A DNA stretch of 64,000 bases from a virus (Duplodnaviria > Heunggongvirae > Uroviricota > Caudoviricetes): IMG/VR virus record IMGVR_UViG_3300043464_002177. One strand, given 5' to 3'. This document shows positions 15,714-24,987 of this stretch, piece by piece. The position numbers were made by a program, and so were the translations under genes. A model generated the notes under the pieces. It made no database searches and was not told where the DNA came from. It saw only the letters and a list, made by a program, of their open reading frames with translations. How positions within the stretch are numbered: the first letter of the stretch is position 1; each line of letters starts with the position of its first letter.

Positions 15714-15742
15714 ATAAAAAAACCGGGTGTTTATTCCGGTTT
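15714..15742 (-). terminator. Rho-independent terminator (- strand)
   Basis: AACCGG/CCGGTT stem with A7 run on + strand; 15 nt after 3' end of ORF 15731..16306. Confidence 0.55.
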
Positions 15743-16306
15743 GTCTATTTTATTTAAAATCCTGGTATATTTCTTTATTTGTGAGTTATAAAATTCTAGA
15801 TAGTCAACCAGTCTTTCTGGACTTATATGTTTACTTTTGAGTGACCTCAATTTCATTTCATTATAAGAGTTTATCATATCTTGAAGCTTCTCTCTCCTAT
15901 TTATTTCTTTTGGTCCGTCAGGATCGTATCCATAAACATTCTTCATAAAATGTTTAACTTTCGCCTCCGGATCTATGGTTTTACTGTTAGGTGTTGCATA
16001 ATAACCGCCAGATGTGCTTTCCAATATGGCACTGGAAATTTCATTATTACCGAACTCTTTTCTAGCCCATTTAACAATTTCCTTTCCAACCGTATCTTTA
16101 TCCTTTAAGATTTCCATTAGAGGTTCCCAGAATCTAGGACTTACAAAAAGGTTCTTTCCTCTGGTAAATCTCATGATATGTTCTTCGGTATAATCAAAAT
16201 AATCTATAGTACCGCCTCTGTTATTTGAATCATAAGGGGCTCTACCATCAAAGTAATCTTCAACAGGGTTTGATTTTCCTTCCTCAATAATATCTATTAG
16301 TTTCAT
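15731..16306 (-). CDS. hypothetical protein
   Basis: ORF. Confidence 0.5.
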   Translation of the reverse strand: MKLIDIIEEGKSNPVEDYFDGRAPYDSNNRGGTIDYFDYTEEHIMRFTRGKNLFVSPRFWEPLMEILKDKDTVGKEIVKWARKEFGNNEISSAILESTSGGYYATPNSKTIDPEAKVKHFMKNVYGYDPDGPKEINRREKLQDMINSYNEMKLRSLKSKHISPERLVDYLEFYNSQIKKYTRILNKIDKPE

Positions 16307-16315
16307 AAGTATAAT

Positions 16316-16702
16316 TTAAGCTTGTTTTAAATTGGTCTTATCAAAGATTAGGATATTCAATCCATTTTCGAACCCATCATAATTCTTGGACATTAGGAAT
16401 TTGATTAACTCAGGGGTTGGCTGATAGATATATTCTTCATTATCGGTCATGGGGTCAAATGAATTAACAAGAGCTTCCCATTCAGAATGGTTATATACCA
16501 CATCTACTATATTAAGATTGGTGGGCATAAGGTATTTTGTAACTTCACCATACTCGGATGCAAATTCCTCATCTTCACTTACCCATATAGAATCCCCAAC
16601 ATGTTCATGGTTCTGTCCTCTATAAACTTCTGTGTAAGTTGGATGGGAGACATCCTCCATATCTTCTAATATATCTATCAATTTCATACTGATAAATATC
16701 AA
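16316..16702 (-). CDS. hypothetical protein
   Basis: ORF. Confidence 0.5.
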   Translation of the reverse strand: MIFISMKLIDILEDMEDVSHPTYTEVYRGQNHEHVGDSIWVSEDEEFASEYGEVTKYLMPTNLNIVDVVYNHSEWEALVNSFDPMTDNEEYIYQPTPELIKFLMSKNYDGFENGLNILIFDKTNLKQA

Positions 16703-17160
16703 TTAAACCAGCTTGGTATATCTCTATGTTTCCAGGTGGAGAATGTTCTTTTCTCTCCCATATAATAATCTCTATAGGACTGTACATGGTTGATAGACTT
16801 ATACTCGTCCGGCATAGCCAAAGCTGGTGGGGTGAACTTTACATCTGGTATATTGGGATGGTTATCACAACACCATAGGATAGTATCAAATGACTTATGG
16901 GTCTTTCCATATCTGTGCTTATATTCATAACATAGATGCACGCCCAGTTCACATAACCAGATATAGTTATGCAGATCTTGTCTGGTCCATTTCGCACTAG
17001 GATGGTTTACGTGGGATAACTTATAGGGAGCTTGACCACCGGTTGCCCAATGAGCGCCACATAATAACTGAGCCGTTTCCAAGATCATTTTAACCACATG
17101 CTTATCATTATGATATTGAGCACATTTGATTGGAGACTTGTCCAAATAGAAAATATTCAT
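16699..17160 (-). CDS. pyrimidine-dimer DNA glycosylase (T4 endonuclease V / Pyr_excise family)-like protein
   Basis: N-terminus MNIFYLD..P..CAQYHNDKHVVKMILETAQLL and H..W.....L..Y.WL.ELG.HLC.EY.HRYG pattern match my recollection of bacterial endonuclease-V-type homologues; alignment by eye only. Confidence 0.45.
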   Translation of the reverse strand: MNIFYLDKSPIKCAQYHNDKHVVKMILETAQLLCGAHWATGGQAPYKLSHVNHPSAKWTRQDLHNYIWLCELGVHLCYEYKHRYGKTHKSFDTILWCCDNHPNIPDVKFTPPALAMPDEYKSINHVQSYRDYYMGEKRTFSTWKHRDIPSWFN

Positions 17161-17172
17161 ATAGTTTTATTT
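17161..17172 (-). promoter_or_regulatory. AAATAAAACTAT motif (reverse complement) abutting ATG of 16699..17160
   Basis: catATAGTTTTATTTtaaa on + strand. Confidence 0.45.
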
Positions 17173-17178
17173 TAAATG

Positions 17179-18339
17179 TTAGTTAATTCTGATTAGTTTC
17201 TTATCCCTGAGTTCCCATCTAATGAAACTCTGAGTACCATTTACCATACTGAATAGATCCACCTTACCATTATTATCATAGTCCTGGAATCTTAGCCAAG
17301 TTACCCAATTATGTCTACCAATATGGTTTACGGAATTATTCTCTATTAAACGATTGGTCATGTCCATGAATTCTTGATTATCCATTTTAAGAACTTGAAT
17401 ATACCACCCATCATAGAAGAATTGATTATATCCATTTCCTCCGGCTCTGTTTAGTATTAGTTCATTGACACCATCATTATCCAAATCATATACATCAATA
17501 TCGGTTATTACCCCATATCCATTTACCTTTGGGATTATGCTTTTTTGATTATAAGTGTAAGTATTATTCCCCCAATATACCCTGGTATTTGTTTCAAACT
17601 CATGACCGCCCATGATTAAATCCAGATATCCATCTTTGTTTATATCGATTAGTTCACAGGTATATTGGTTATCAATATCATTTATATTAATCTGGGTGGT
17701 TGAATAGGTAAAGTTACCTTTGCCATCATTGATTAGAAAGTATGAGAACATCTTATTAAGAACAAATATATCCAGATCACCATCTTTATCAATATCCCCG
17801 GAAGTGGCAGCATGATAGAAACCCACCTTTTCCTTGAATTCCTTTACATCATATTTTCCATTTGGACTGGATATGATTAGTTGAGCATGTTCGCCAGGCC
17901 ATGGATCATTGTCATATCCATGAGCGGCCACAAATATATCTGGGCGTTTGTCATTATTAAAATCCCCGGTGATTGCTTTCCTTGGGTGATAAAACGATGG
18001 AACTGTATTGAAGTATGTATTGTCCGGAATGTAGTCACCGTTTTTATATATATAAAACTGCGATGGGGTCTTTTCATTCTTTCCGTTGGTTGAACTGGTG
18101 AATATATCATCATGACCATCCCCGTTTATATCCAAGAATGCCACAGCAAATATCTCCCATGAACTATTGTTTCCATATCTGGATCTTAAACCATGAATAT
18201 CTATGGTTATATTTGATTGCTGAAGATGATATGACGGAAGATTGTAGTCTTTAACCACCGGCTCAGGTAATGGAACCACCGGGAGAGTCTCTTCCTTGCT
18301 ACAGGAAAACAATAATAATACCCACACCAATCTTTTCAT
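17179..18339 (-). CDS. FG-GAP/VCBS-repeat beta-propeller surface lipoprotein
   Basis: Start at MKRLVWVLLLFSCSKEE (lipobox LFSC plus Cys+2..+4 SKEE resembling the Bacteroidetes surface-lipoprotein export signal); five D-x-[DN]-x-D-G-x-x-[DE]-[LI]-[FI] repeats (DINGDGHDDIF, DIDKDGDLDIF, DINKDGYLDLI, DLDNDGVNELI, DYDNNGKVDLF). Confidence 0.55.
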   Translation of the reverse strand: MKRLVWVLLLFSCSKEETLPVVPLPEPVVKDYNLPSYHLQQSNITIDIHGLRSRYGNNSSWEIFAVAFLDINGDGHDDIFTSSTNGKNEKTPSQFYIYKNGDYIPDNTYFNTVPSFYHPRKAITGDFNNDKRPDIFVAAHGYDNDPWPGEHAQLIISSPNGKYDVKEFKEKVGFYHAATSGDIDKDGDLDIFVLNKMFSYFLINDGKGNFTYSTTQININDIDNQYTCELIDINKDGYLDLIMGGHEFETNTRVYWGNNTYTYNQKSIIPKVNGYGVITDIDVYDLDNDGVNELILNRAGGNGYNQFFYDGWYIQVLKMDNQEFMDMTNRLIENNSVNHIGRHNWVTWLRFQDYDNNGKVDLFSMVNGTQSFIRWELRDKKLIRIN

Positions 18340-18434
18340 TTTGCTATATGTTTCTGCAAATGTAGAGATTATTCTTGATATCACAAAAAAATATTCGCCA
18401 CCCATCTATATATGTGGTGTGAATTTTTGGTAAA

Positions 18435-19157
18435 TTAACCCCAGTAACCGTGAGATTTTAGGTAGAAATCAGGGTTGTTTCTGTTAAACCAGCACTTGAT
18501 CATTAAGGAAATCATATAAAACAATCCCTTATTTTTGAATCTTCTGGCTGATGTATATGCCCCATTTGTTTTATGTATGGTAAATAAAGGTGCCCATACC
18601 TTATTGCTAATATAATAATCCTCGGCGAATACTTGCTCTGGAACATATTCACCAGCGTTTCTATATACTTCTGTATTAAACAACTGGAACCCACCTATAG
18701 CAAAAGAAGAACCGAAATACTTCATCACCCTTTGAACAAATGTGAATATATCATATATCCAATTATAACCATAGTCGGTTGATAGGGTAACCGTGGTAAG
18801 TTGCTTTGTCTTTGCTAGTGTATCAAATATGATATTGGTGTCGTGTAGTAATATGTCAGCATCCAGGAATAAAACATAATCAGTTTCAACCATTCTACCA
18901 CCGGCATATCTTCCGTAAGCTGGATAACCACCTTTAATAACCTCAATGTTTAAACAATATCTGAAATCAATTGTGATCTTCTTAAGAAACTCTAATGATG
19001 TAACATTATCTGATATGTCAGCAATGATTACTCTTGTTCCGGCAATACCTCTTTGTCTGGATATATTATATACACAATCGTATAGAGTTCTGCTCTCGTT
19101 TTTACTTGGAATGACGATAGTAAGCCTATCTTTTATATTTGTAAACATGGTATTCAT
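18435..19157 (-). CDS. family-2 (GT-A fold) glycosyltransferase
   Basis: LTIVIPSKNESRTLYDCV and downstream LFLDADILL (DxD) motifs. Confidence 0.5.
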   Translation of the reverse strand: MNTMFTNIKDRLTIVIPSKNESRTLYDCVYNISRQRGIAGTRVIIADISDNVTSLEFLKKITIDFRYCLNIEVIKGGYPAYGRYAGGRMVETDYVLFLDADILLHDTNIIFDTLAKTKQLTTVTLSTDYGYNWIYDIFTFVQRVMKYFGSSFAIGGFQLFNTEVYRNAGEYVPEQVFAEDYYISNKVWAPLFTIHKTNGAYTSARRFKNKGLFYMISLMIKCWFNRNNPDFYLKSHGYWG

Positions 19158-19818
19158 TGTTATCGAAGACTATAAATGAATTATTTTCAATCCAGTCCCC
19201 ACAATTTAAATATCTAATACCATCAATCATTCTATCTTCAGGATGGTGAATGTGCCCAGAAATCACATTAACGCAATGATGTTTCTTTGCCTGTCTAACT
19301 AATTCGGTTTCATATTGTGTAATAAACTTCACAGCCTCTTTTACTTTACTCTTTAAGAACTTGGATAAAGATCTTTTCATCCCCAGCTTCTTTAAAAATC
19401 TATCAATGGATATTGCTGCATCATATCCAACTGATCCAAGAACACCTAACCACTTCAATTTAACCACACCATCATATAAATCACCATGAGTAATAAAGGT
19501 ATTCTTCCATACATACTCATTATGAATCTCCACGTTTCCAAAAAAGAATTCCCCGTACTCTCTTAGAAACTGATCATGGTTACCCGGAATATAAATCACT
19601 TTACATCCGTTCTTTGAATGAGATAAGATCTTTCTTAGTACATTGGTGTGTGATTGTGGCCAACGAAACTTTCGTTTTAATAACCAACCATCAATGATAT
19701 CACCAACAAGAAACAAATGTTTGGGCTGGTAGGTTTTAAGAATTTCAAGGACTTCATTTGCGTTAGATCCTTTCGAGCCCAAATGGACATCCGAGATAAA
19801 CAATGCTTCTACTTTCAT
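19126..19818 (-). CDS. LpxH-family metallophosphoesterase (UDP-2,3-diacylglucosamine diphosphatase-like)
   Basis: Colinear with E. coli LpxH motifs: LFISDVHLG / VGDIIDGW / IPGNHDQF / HGDLY / SGHIHHPE / CGDWIENNSFIVF. Confidence 0.55.
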   Translation of the reverse strand: MKVEALFISDVHLGSKGSNANEVLEILKTYQPKHLFLVGDIIDGWLLKRKFRWPQSHTNVLRKILSHSKNGCKVIYIPGNHDQFLREYGEFFFGNVEIHNEYVWKNTFITHGDLYDGVVKLKWLGVLGSVGYDAAISIDRFLKKLGMKRSLSKFLKSKVKEAVKFITQYETELVRQAKKHHCVNVISGHIHHPEDRMIDGIRYLNCGDWIENNSFIVFDNNEYHVYKYKR

Positions 19819-19865
19819 TGTATATAAATATCCAATTAATATTCCGTAATGTTAATATAATATTA

Positions 19866-19895
19866 ATTAAAAAAACCGGATGATTAGTCCGGTTT
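19866..19895 (-). terminator. Rho-independent terminator (- strand)
   Basis: ACCGGA/TCCGGT stem preceded by A8 on + strand; 23 nt after 3' end of 19918..20265. Confidence 0.55.
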
Positions 19896-19917
19896 ATATC
19901 ATATTGTAGTTTGTATT

Positions 19918-20265
19918 TTAGTAAACGTGAACTTCACCAGTTTCCACATCAAATGAAATAAAATCTGGGACATTTTTAAGTCCGCCATTTTCAATCATGT
20001 GTTCAACATATGCTTTTACTTCTTCATCATTAATCTTATCAGAGTAATTGAACATATCCACAATAACAGGTTTTTCCCCACTTATATCTATTGTGAAAGT
20101 AACGTCCGAATGAACACCAGAAGCTTCAATACTTACCATAATCTGATTAACAGGTACACCAGCATGTACTATACTAAATTTACCCATAGAATCTTCATCT
20201 TCCTTAAGAACCCTTTTAACAAGATTCGCAATATCGGATTCAGTTAACTTAACAATTTTTGACAT
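19918..20265 (-). CDS. hypothetical protein
   Basis: ORF. Confidence 0.5.
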   Translation of the reverse strand: MSKIVKLTESDIANLVKRVLKEDEDSMGKFSIVHAGVPVNQIMVSIEASGVHSDVTFTIDISGEKPVIVDMFNYSDKINDEEVKAYVEHMIENGGLKNVPDFISFDVETGEVHVY

Positions 20266-20310
20266 AATCTTTTTTTTATTATAAATATTTTAAAATATTA
20301 AAAACTCACA

Positions 20311-20574
20311 TTATTTAATTTTATCCTCGGGATAGGATGCAAATATGAATTTCCTGTTGTATACATTTGACCAACAGTTTCCGGTTATTTCATATACCGC
20401 GGCGTTGTGCGCCGAAGCCAGTGCCGATCTCACATGACACTTGGCGAATTCTATCATTATCTCACTCATTGTGATGTTCTCATCCTTTTCCATCATCCTT
20501 TCCATAAACTCTTGTGCACTTTGTTCCATTATTTCCCTGTTTAGATCCGTAAATATAAATATTTCATCCAACAA
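20311..20574 (-). CDS. hypothetical protein
   Basis: ORF. Confidence 0.45.
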   Translation of the reverse strand: MLDEIFIFTDLNREIMEQSAQEFMERMMEKDENITMSEIMIEFAKCHVRSALASAHNAAVYEITGNCWSNVYNRKFIFASYPEDKIK

Positions 20575-20624
20575 TTATACCAATAACTTGATATTAATAT
20601 ATATATTTTCGATATTTATTCATA

Positions 20625-22571
20625 ATGAAGTTTAAGAACATACTTGCGGAACAACTGATGCTCATGGAGAACGTGGCTCAGGCGGAAAAGGTCCTTAAGG
20701 ATTTAAATATCCCCTTGGATGATCCGGAATATCTTCGTATTAAAAACATGGTGGTTGCAGATAACAGTGTCGGATTCCTGGGGTTCATGTTTAACCTTAT
20801 GAAATTATGGGCGAATGAAGTATTGGCACCTGATACCGGAAATACATTTGTACCACCGATTGCCATATTCGGCGGCGTTAATACATTATATGACCTAATA
20901 AAAAAACATAGACAAGAGTTACATTTATTACCACAAAACATCAATAACTATAAAGATTATAAACAGTTGGTTATTGATTTAAGAAGAATACCAACTAATA
21001 AAACGCTTAAAAAATTTGCCAACCTAATACCCAATAAGGATTTAAAAAACCGAATTTTGGATATACAATCTACAGGGAAGTATGCTGAATTAATTAAAAG
21101 ATACCTTGATGTTATTCATGATACCCCGTATGGTAAGATGTTTATTAAAAAGATAAATAGATATTCCGATATTGATAAGTTGCTTGATTATCTTGAGACC
21201 GTTGAAATGTTTTATGATTTAGATATAAGTTATGAGAGTATATTGAAAAAAGGAAATAGTAGAAATGATATTCAAATTGTTTATAATAAGGATCAAAGAA
21301 TAATTCTTTTAATCAAGTCTTATGATGCAATGAGAGAAGTTGGTTCACCTAGTTGGTGTATCTATGATTCTAAATCTCAATATGAAAACTATACAAAGAA
21401 TGGTAGTGCAAATCAATATATATTCTATGATTTTGGTGATGAAGTTTCAAATATAAGTTACTCTATGATTGGGTTTACTATGCAAGGTGGTGAAATCACT
21501 GCATCGCATTTAATGAATGATGAACATATAGCTGACGTAATGTCTTATCTTAACAAAATAGGTGTTTATCCTAAGATTAAAATTATTAATATCGAACTGG
21601 AAAAAATCAGAAAAGATAAGGACGCTATTGATGGTTATATCAATGACATAAATCGATTAACAAAAGGTTGGTATCGTGGTCATGATGCCGAAAAGAAACA
21701 AGATTATTACACATCAATATATCATATACTTAATACTATTGTTGAAAGCATTAGTAATTATGAATCGGATTATTTTATGGAAGAATTAGAAACTGTTAGT
21801 TTAGATTATTTAAGTATAAAATATAATAAATTATTTACTAGATTTTTAAACACGAATGATAAAATTAATTACAACGTTCTTATAACAAAAATAACTAACA
21901 TAGTTAAATTCTTGCAAGATTACCCTTATATGAAATTTGATTGGGATTATGATAGTGATGGTGATAATCGATATGTAAAGTTAAAAGAAAACAAAAGAGT
22001 TAACATGTTATATAATGGATTTTTCGATAAACTAAATAAAAGACCTGATATATTAACAGCACTTAAAAAAGTTTTCATTAACTTTAAAGAAATGGAATCT
22101 AAAACATATTCAACATTTATTAATACATTTTATAATTGGGATGTTAGCGAAGATGAAGTTAATAAACTAATCAGATTAAGAAAAACAAAACAAGGTGAAG
22201 ATTACAGCGATGTTGAATTTCACCGAATTAAAGATACCGGAGATCTAAGTTCAATGATATTGAAAAAAATACAAGATACAAGAAGAGATCAATCCGTGTT
22301 TAAAATACCTTTAGACGTCGGCCTTACCTTTCAACAGGTAAAATATGGTGTGGATAAGGGATTAAAAAATATATTATTCAACTACTATAAAAAACTTCTT
22401 CCACAATTTATGGACAAACAAGTTGGATTTGAAGAAGCCAGAATATATCAAATACTCGGCTTAAGTAAAGAACTTAAAGACGTTGTTCTTAAAAAATACA
22501 ACATGATGGGTGGAGATCAAAATCCAAATTCAATCAATTCAATTGAAAGATCCGTTCTTGATGTAAATTAA
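20625..22571 (+). CDS. hypothetical large protein (648 aa), lone + strand gene inside the - strand block
   Basis: Long uninterrupted ORF; no domain recognised. Confidence 0.55.
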   Translation: MKFKNILAEQLMLMENVAQAEKVLKDLNIPLDDPEYLRIKNMVVADNSVGFLGFMFNLMKLWANEVLAPDTGNTFVPPIAIFGGVNTLYDLIKKHRQELHLLPQNINNYKDYKQLVIDLRRIPTNKTLKKFANLIPNKDLKNRILDIQSTGKYAELIKRYLDVIHDTPYGKMFIKKINRYSDIDKLLDYLETVEMFYDLDISYESILKKGNSRNDIQIVYNKDQRIILLIKSYDAMREVGSPSWCIYDSKSQYENYTKNGSANQYIFYDFGDEVSNISYSMIGFTMQGGEITASHLMNDEHIADVMSYLNKIGVYPKIKIINIELEKIRKDKDAIDGYINDINRLTKGWYRGHDAEKKQDYYTSIYHILNTIVESISNYESDYFMEELETVSLDYLSIKYNKLFTRFLNTNDKINYNVLITKITNIVKFLQDYPYMKFDWDYDSDGDNRYVKLKENKRVNMLYNGFFDKLNKRPDILTALKKVFINFKEMESKTYSTFINTFYNWDVSEDEVNKLIRLRKTKQGEDYSDVEFHRIKDTGDLSSMILKKIQDTRRDQSVFKIPLDVGLTFQQVKYGVDKGLKNILFNYYKKLLPQFMDKQVGFEEARIYQILGLSKELKDVVLKKYNMMGGDQNPNSINSIERSVLDVN

Positions 22572-22629
22572 AAAACCCCATCCAATATGGACAGGGTTTA
22601 TTTCAATAATCATTCACAAAAAAAAATAT

Positions 22630-22944
22630 CTAAACAAAATAATATTTTGATTGTAGAATTGGTAGGTTTTCCATATCAACCCAATCTTCAGAAAGACCGT
22701 GACCAAAAGGGTCAACACCATCAAATGTCCATACTGGATTATACCATTCTAACGGGCCACCTTGTTTAAAAACCTTTCTGAAATTACTATCATCATAGAT
22801 AGCAACCTGTTCATTCTCATATGCTGAGATCAAATTTTCTCTACTAGTTGACATCATGGCAATCCTACCAGACTCTGCTTTATCTGTTACAGGGTTCATT
22901 ATCAAATAATAAACCTTTGCTTGTTCTACTGTTCTTGTTTCCAT
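22630..22944 (-). CDS. hypothetical protein
   Basis: ORF. Confidence 0.45.
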   Translation of the reverse strand: METRTVEQAKVYYLIMNPVTDKAESGRIAMMSTSRENLISAYENEQVAIYDDSNFRKVFKQGGPLEWYNPVWTFDGVDPFGHGLSEDWVDMENLPILQSKYYFV

Positions 22945-22945
22945 T

Positions 22946-23485
22946 TTATATTTCTATTCTTGTTTTTAATCCGCTTGGTTCTGAGAACATAACATACTTT
23001 GGTGTTGTCATAAATTCTTTTGCCCCATATTTCATAAAGTGATCAACATATTGTTTTCCTTTGCCTGGTTTTAAATAAGCTATGGTCATGTGTGGATGAT
23101 AATCAGGATATGTTTGTGTGTTTGGTAGTATCTTTAATTTCTGATTGCATTGATGTAAGAATGATCCGCTTCTAGTTGGATATCCAACATCATATTTCAA
23201 AACATCGTACTCTGAGTTTTCAAATAAGGATGGATTAAACGCTCTTAAATTACTGAATTTAAACTGATTAACAATATCTGAAACTTGATCAATAGTGACC
23301 CCATCATGTAAACCATATAGTAATGTACAATGTGGTTCATACTCAACACCAGGATCTTGAAGATCGTCAGGATTAATAGTATCTTGTAGTTTAATAATTT
23401 CCCCAGGGAAATCAGTGTAGAGCATAACACAGCCGTAGTCATAAGCCTCCTTTCCTTCTGTAAGTAAATTTGTTAATTTTAACAT
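22946..23485 (-). CDS. 2H phosphoesterase superfamily protein (LigT / 2'-5' RNA ligase-like)
   Basis: Two H-x-[TS]-x motifs (EPHCTLLYG and HPHMTIAYL) at the spacing typical of 2H enzymes. Confidence 0.55.
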   Translation of the reverse strand: MLKLTNLLTEGKEAYDYGCVMLYTDFPGEIIKLQDTINPDDLQDPGVEYEPHCTLLYGLHDGVTIDQVSDIVNQFKFSNLRAFNPSLFENSEYDVLKYDVGYPTRSGSFLHQCNQKLKILPNTQTYPDYHPHMTIAYLKPGKGKQYVDHFMKYGAKEFMTTPKYVMFSEPSGLKTRIEI

Positions 23486-23494
23486 ATATTATTT

Positions 23495-23680
23495 TTATTC
23501 TTTTATTAACGCTTCACATATACCTGAAGCCGATCCAAATGCAAAAAGCAAATACACAGTTTTGGTTCCCCAATGCCATAGAAACAGATTAGGTTCCGTC
23601 GTTACAAACCAAAATATTAGATACCAAAACCCAAAACCAAAAAGGATTGCAGTAAGAGCGGATAATATTACTTTTAACAT
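23495..23680 (-). CDS. hypothetical small membrane protein
   Basis: Two hydrophobic helices. Confidence 0.4.
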   Translation of the reverse strand: MLKVILSALTAILFGFGFWYLIFWFVTTEPNLFLWHWGTKTVYLLFAFGSASGICEALIKE

Positions 23681-23847
23681 TCTATTTTATTTTTAACTCA
23701 AATCTGTATAGAAAAAAATTGCATCAAATCTTGAATGTGCAAGAAAGTATGTGCCATCTTTTCTTCGATATAGATTAACGTTTCTACCATTCACTATATC
23801 AGTAAAACGATATTCAATAAATGTGGCAAAGAATCTATTAATCATAA

Positions 23848-24087
23848 TCAATATTTTATATACAAAAACTTTTTATTTCTACGATTTTTATCAGAATCAA
23901 TTCTTTCTTTCGCCGTTGTTAAATCGTAAATAACATGTGGCTGCATATGTTCCCAAGAAAAAAATGTTCTCTTTTCTGGTTCATAATATTTCATTGAACC
24001 ATGTTCAATTTCTTTGATCCGATACTTTATGCACGACTGTAATGTGAACACTCCCATTAACATTACAAAAAATAATTGTTTTTTCAT
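23848..24087 (-). CDS. hypothetical small lipoprotein
   Basis: MKKQLFFVMLMGVFTLQSC signal peptide with lipobox. Confidence 0.45.
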   Translation of the reverse strand: MKKQLFFVMLMGVFTLQSCIKYRIKEIEHGSMKYYEPEKRTFFSWEHMQPHVIYDLTTAKERIDSDKNRRNKKFLYIKY

Positions 24088-24338
24088 TTTTTGTGAAACC
24101 TACCAAAATAAGATGGTGTTGTCATATAAAACTTATATGACATAAAATATTTTATGTGTTCCCTACCTTGGACTCTGTACTCAAAAGAATTATTGTACAA
24201 TCTTTTAACAATACAATAATCTCCCTTGAATATGAAATTATCACCCGGCCGTAAATAAGGCCAGGTGACAATTGGTGGGTTATCCATAGAATATTCTAAC
24301 ATATTATTTCTTGCTCTTTGTTTTTTTATCACAACCAC
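24084..24338 (-). CDS. hypothetical protein
   Basis: ORF. Confidence 0.4.
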   Translation of the reverse strand: MVVIKKQRARNNMLEYSMDNPPIVTWPYLRPGDNFIFKGDYCIVKRLYNNSFEYRVQGREHIKYFMSYKFYMTTPSYFGRFHKK

Positions 24339-24867
24339 AAGATATTTTCAAGCCGTTGTATAAATTTCTGAAAAGATATGCTTTGATGGTTCCGCACTTA
24401 CAAGTTGCTTCAACCCATCTTCCTGGTTTATCTAGATCTAATTCTCTAACCAATTTCAGTTTCCCGTATCTACCACCTTTAACAAACTTAACAGTTCTGC
24501 TAGTGTTTCTTGCTTGTTCTCTTGGTGTAGCCCAACCGCAATTAGCAGGTGAATATCCTTTGTTATTGTTGTATCGTTCTAAGCTGTAACCTGGACCTGG
24601 TTTTCTACCTAAATCACTTAAGAAGTTTGCGAAACCAACACCCTTTGGTTTTCTCCAGCGAGCACAGATTGTAATGTTTCTGTTGATGTATGTTTCGTTA
24701 TGGAAGATGTCAAACCTTTGATAGTTACATCTTTTATACATGTTTCTCCATGCATTATACTCTGGGGTTCTTTTGTTTACATCCCCTAATTTCTTTACGC
24801 TATTTTCACCGTGGTAATAGCCTAAAGGTTTTTTTGCAACTTTTTTGTTTTTTTTAGTATTTTTCAT
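24304..24867 (-). CDS. HNH-family (phage homing-endonuclease-like) protein
   Basis: TPEYNAWRNMYKRC ... SLERYNNNKGYSPANCGWATPREQARN recalls the phage E-Y-x-x-W-x-x-M-x-x-RC / NCRWAT-EQ-N endonuclease family; C-terminal CxC/CxC cluster. Confidence 0.45.
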   Translation of the reverse strand: MKNTKKNKKVAKKPLGYYHGENSVKKLGDVNKRTPEYNAWRNMYKRCNYQRFDIFHNETYINRNITICARWRKPKGVGFANFLSDLGRKPGPGYSLERYNNNKGYSPANCGWATPREQARNTSRTVKFVKGGRYGKLKLVRELDLDKPGRWVEATCKCGTIKAYLFRNLYNGLKISCGCDKKTKSKK

Positions 24868-24930
24868 TTTATCTTTATTTTAATATAATATAGATAAAAA
24901 AAATTAAAAAACAAAATATGGAGTGCACAA

Positions 24931-24960
24931 AATAAAAAAACCTTAGATAATTCTAAGGTT
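24931..24960 (-). terminator. Bidirectional-looking terminator hairpin
   Basis: AACCTTAGA-taat-TCTAAGGTT 9-bp stem flanked by A7 and T4; downstream of - strand ORF 24988..25287. Confidence 0.55.
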
Positions 24961-24987
24961 TTCAATTAGTTATGAGGTATTATTTTA

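Noticed and set aside
17877-18119. Nested or antisense track ORFs (17877..18119, 17881..18093 and many others such as 854..1102, 4215..4466, 4851..5120, 5134..5334, 7171..7377, 7404..7586, 9317..9550, 9487..9684, 10098..10280, 11663..11866, 11705..11896, 11893..12075, 15881..16108, 16487..16669, 18512..18694, 18946..19179, 19999..20247, 20441..20635, 20678..20944, 22587..22769, 22848..23042, 23245..23442, 23751..23933, 24311..24589, 24992..25309, 25667..25858, 25915..26115, 26388..26630, 27053..27346, 28075..28775, 30143..30636, 32094..32436, 32723..32956, 33790..33993, 36083..36265, 37171..37732, 38420..38662, 38870..39112, 41542..41757, 43072..43323, 47712..48029, 51847..52083, 52567..52764, 52876..53124, 54027..54254, 56004..56201, 60033..60260, 62104..62319, 62668..62910, 63029..63259)
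   Set aside because: Each lies wholly inside, or antisense to, a longer ORF with better gene context; low-complexity translations typical of out-of-frame AT-rich sequence
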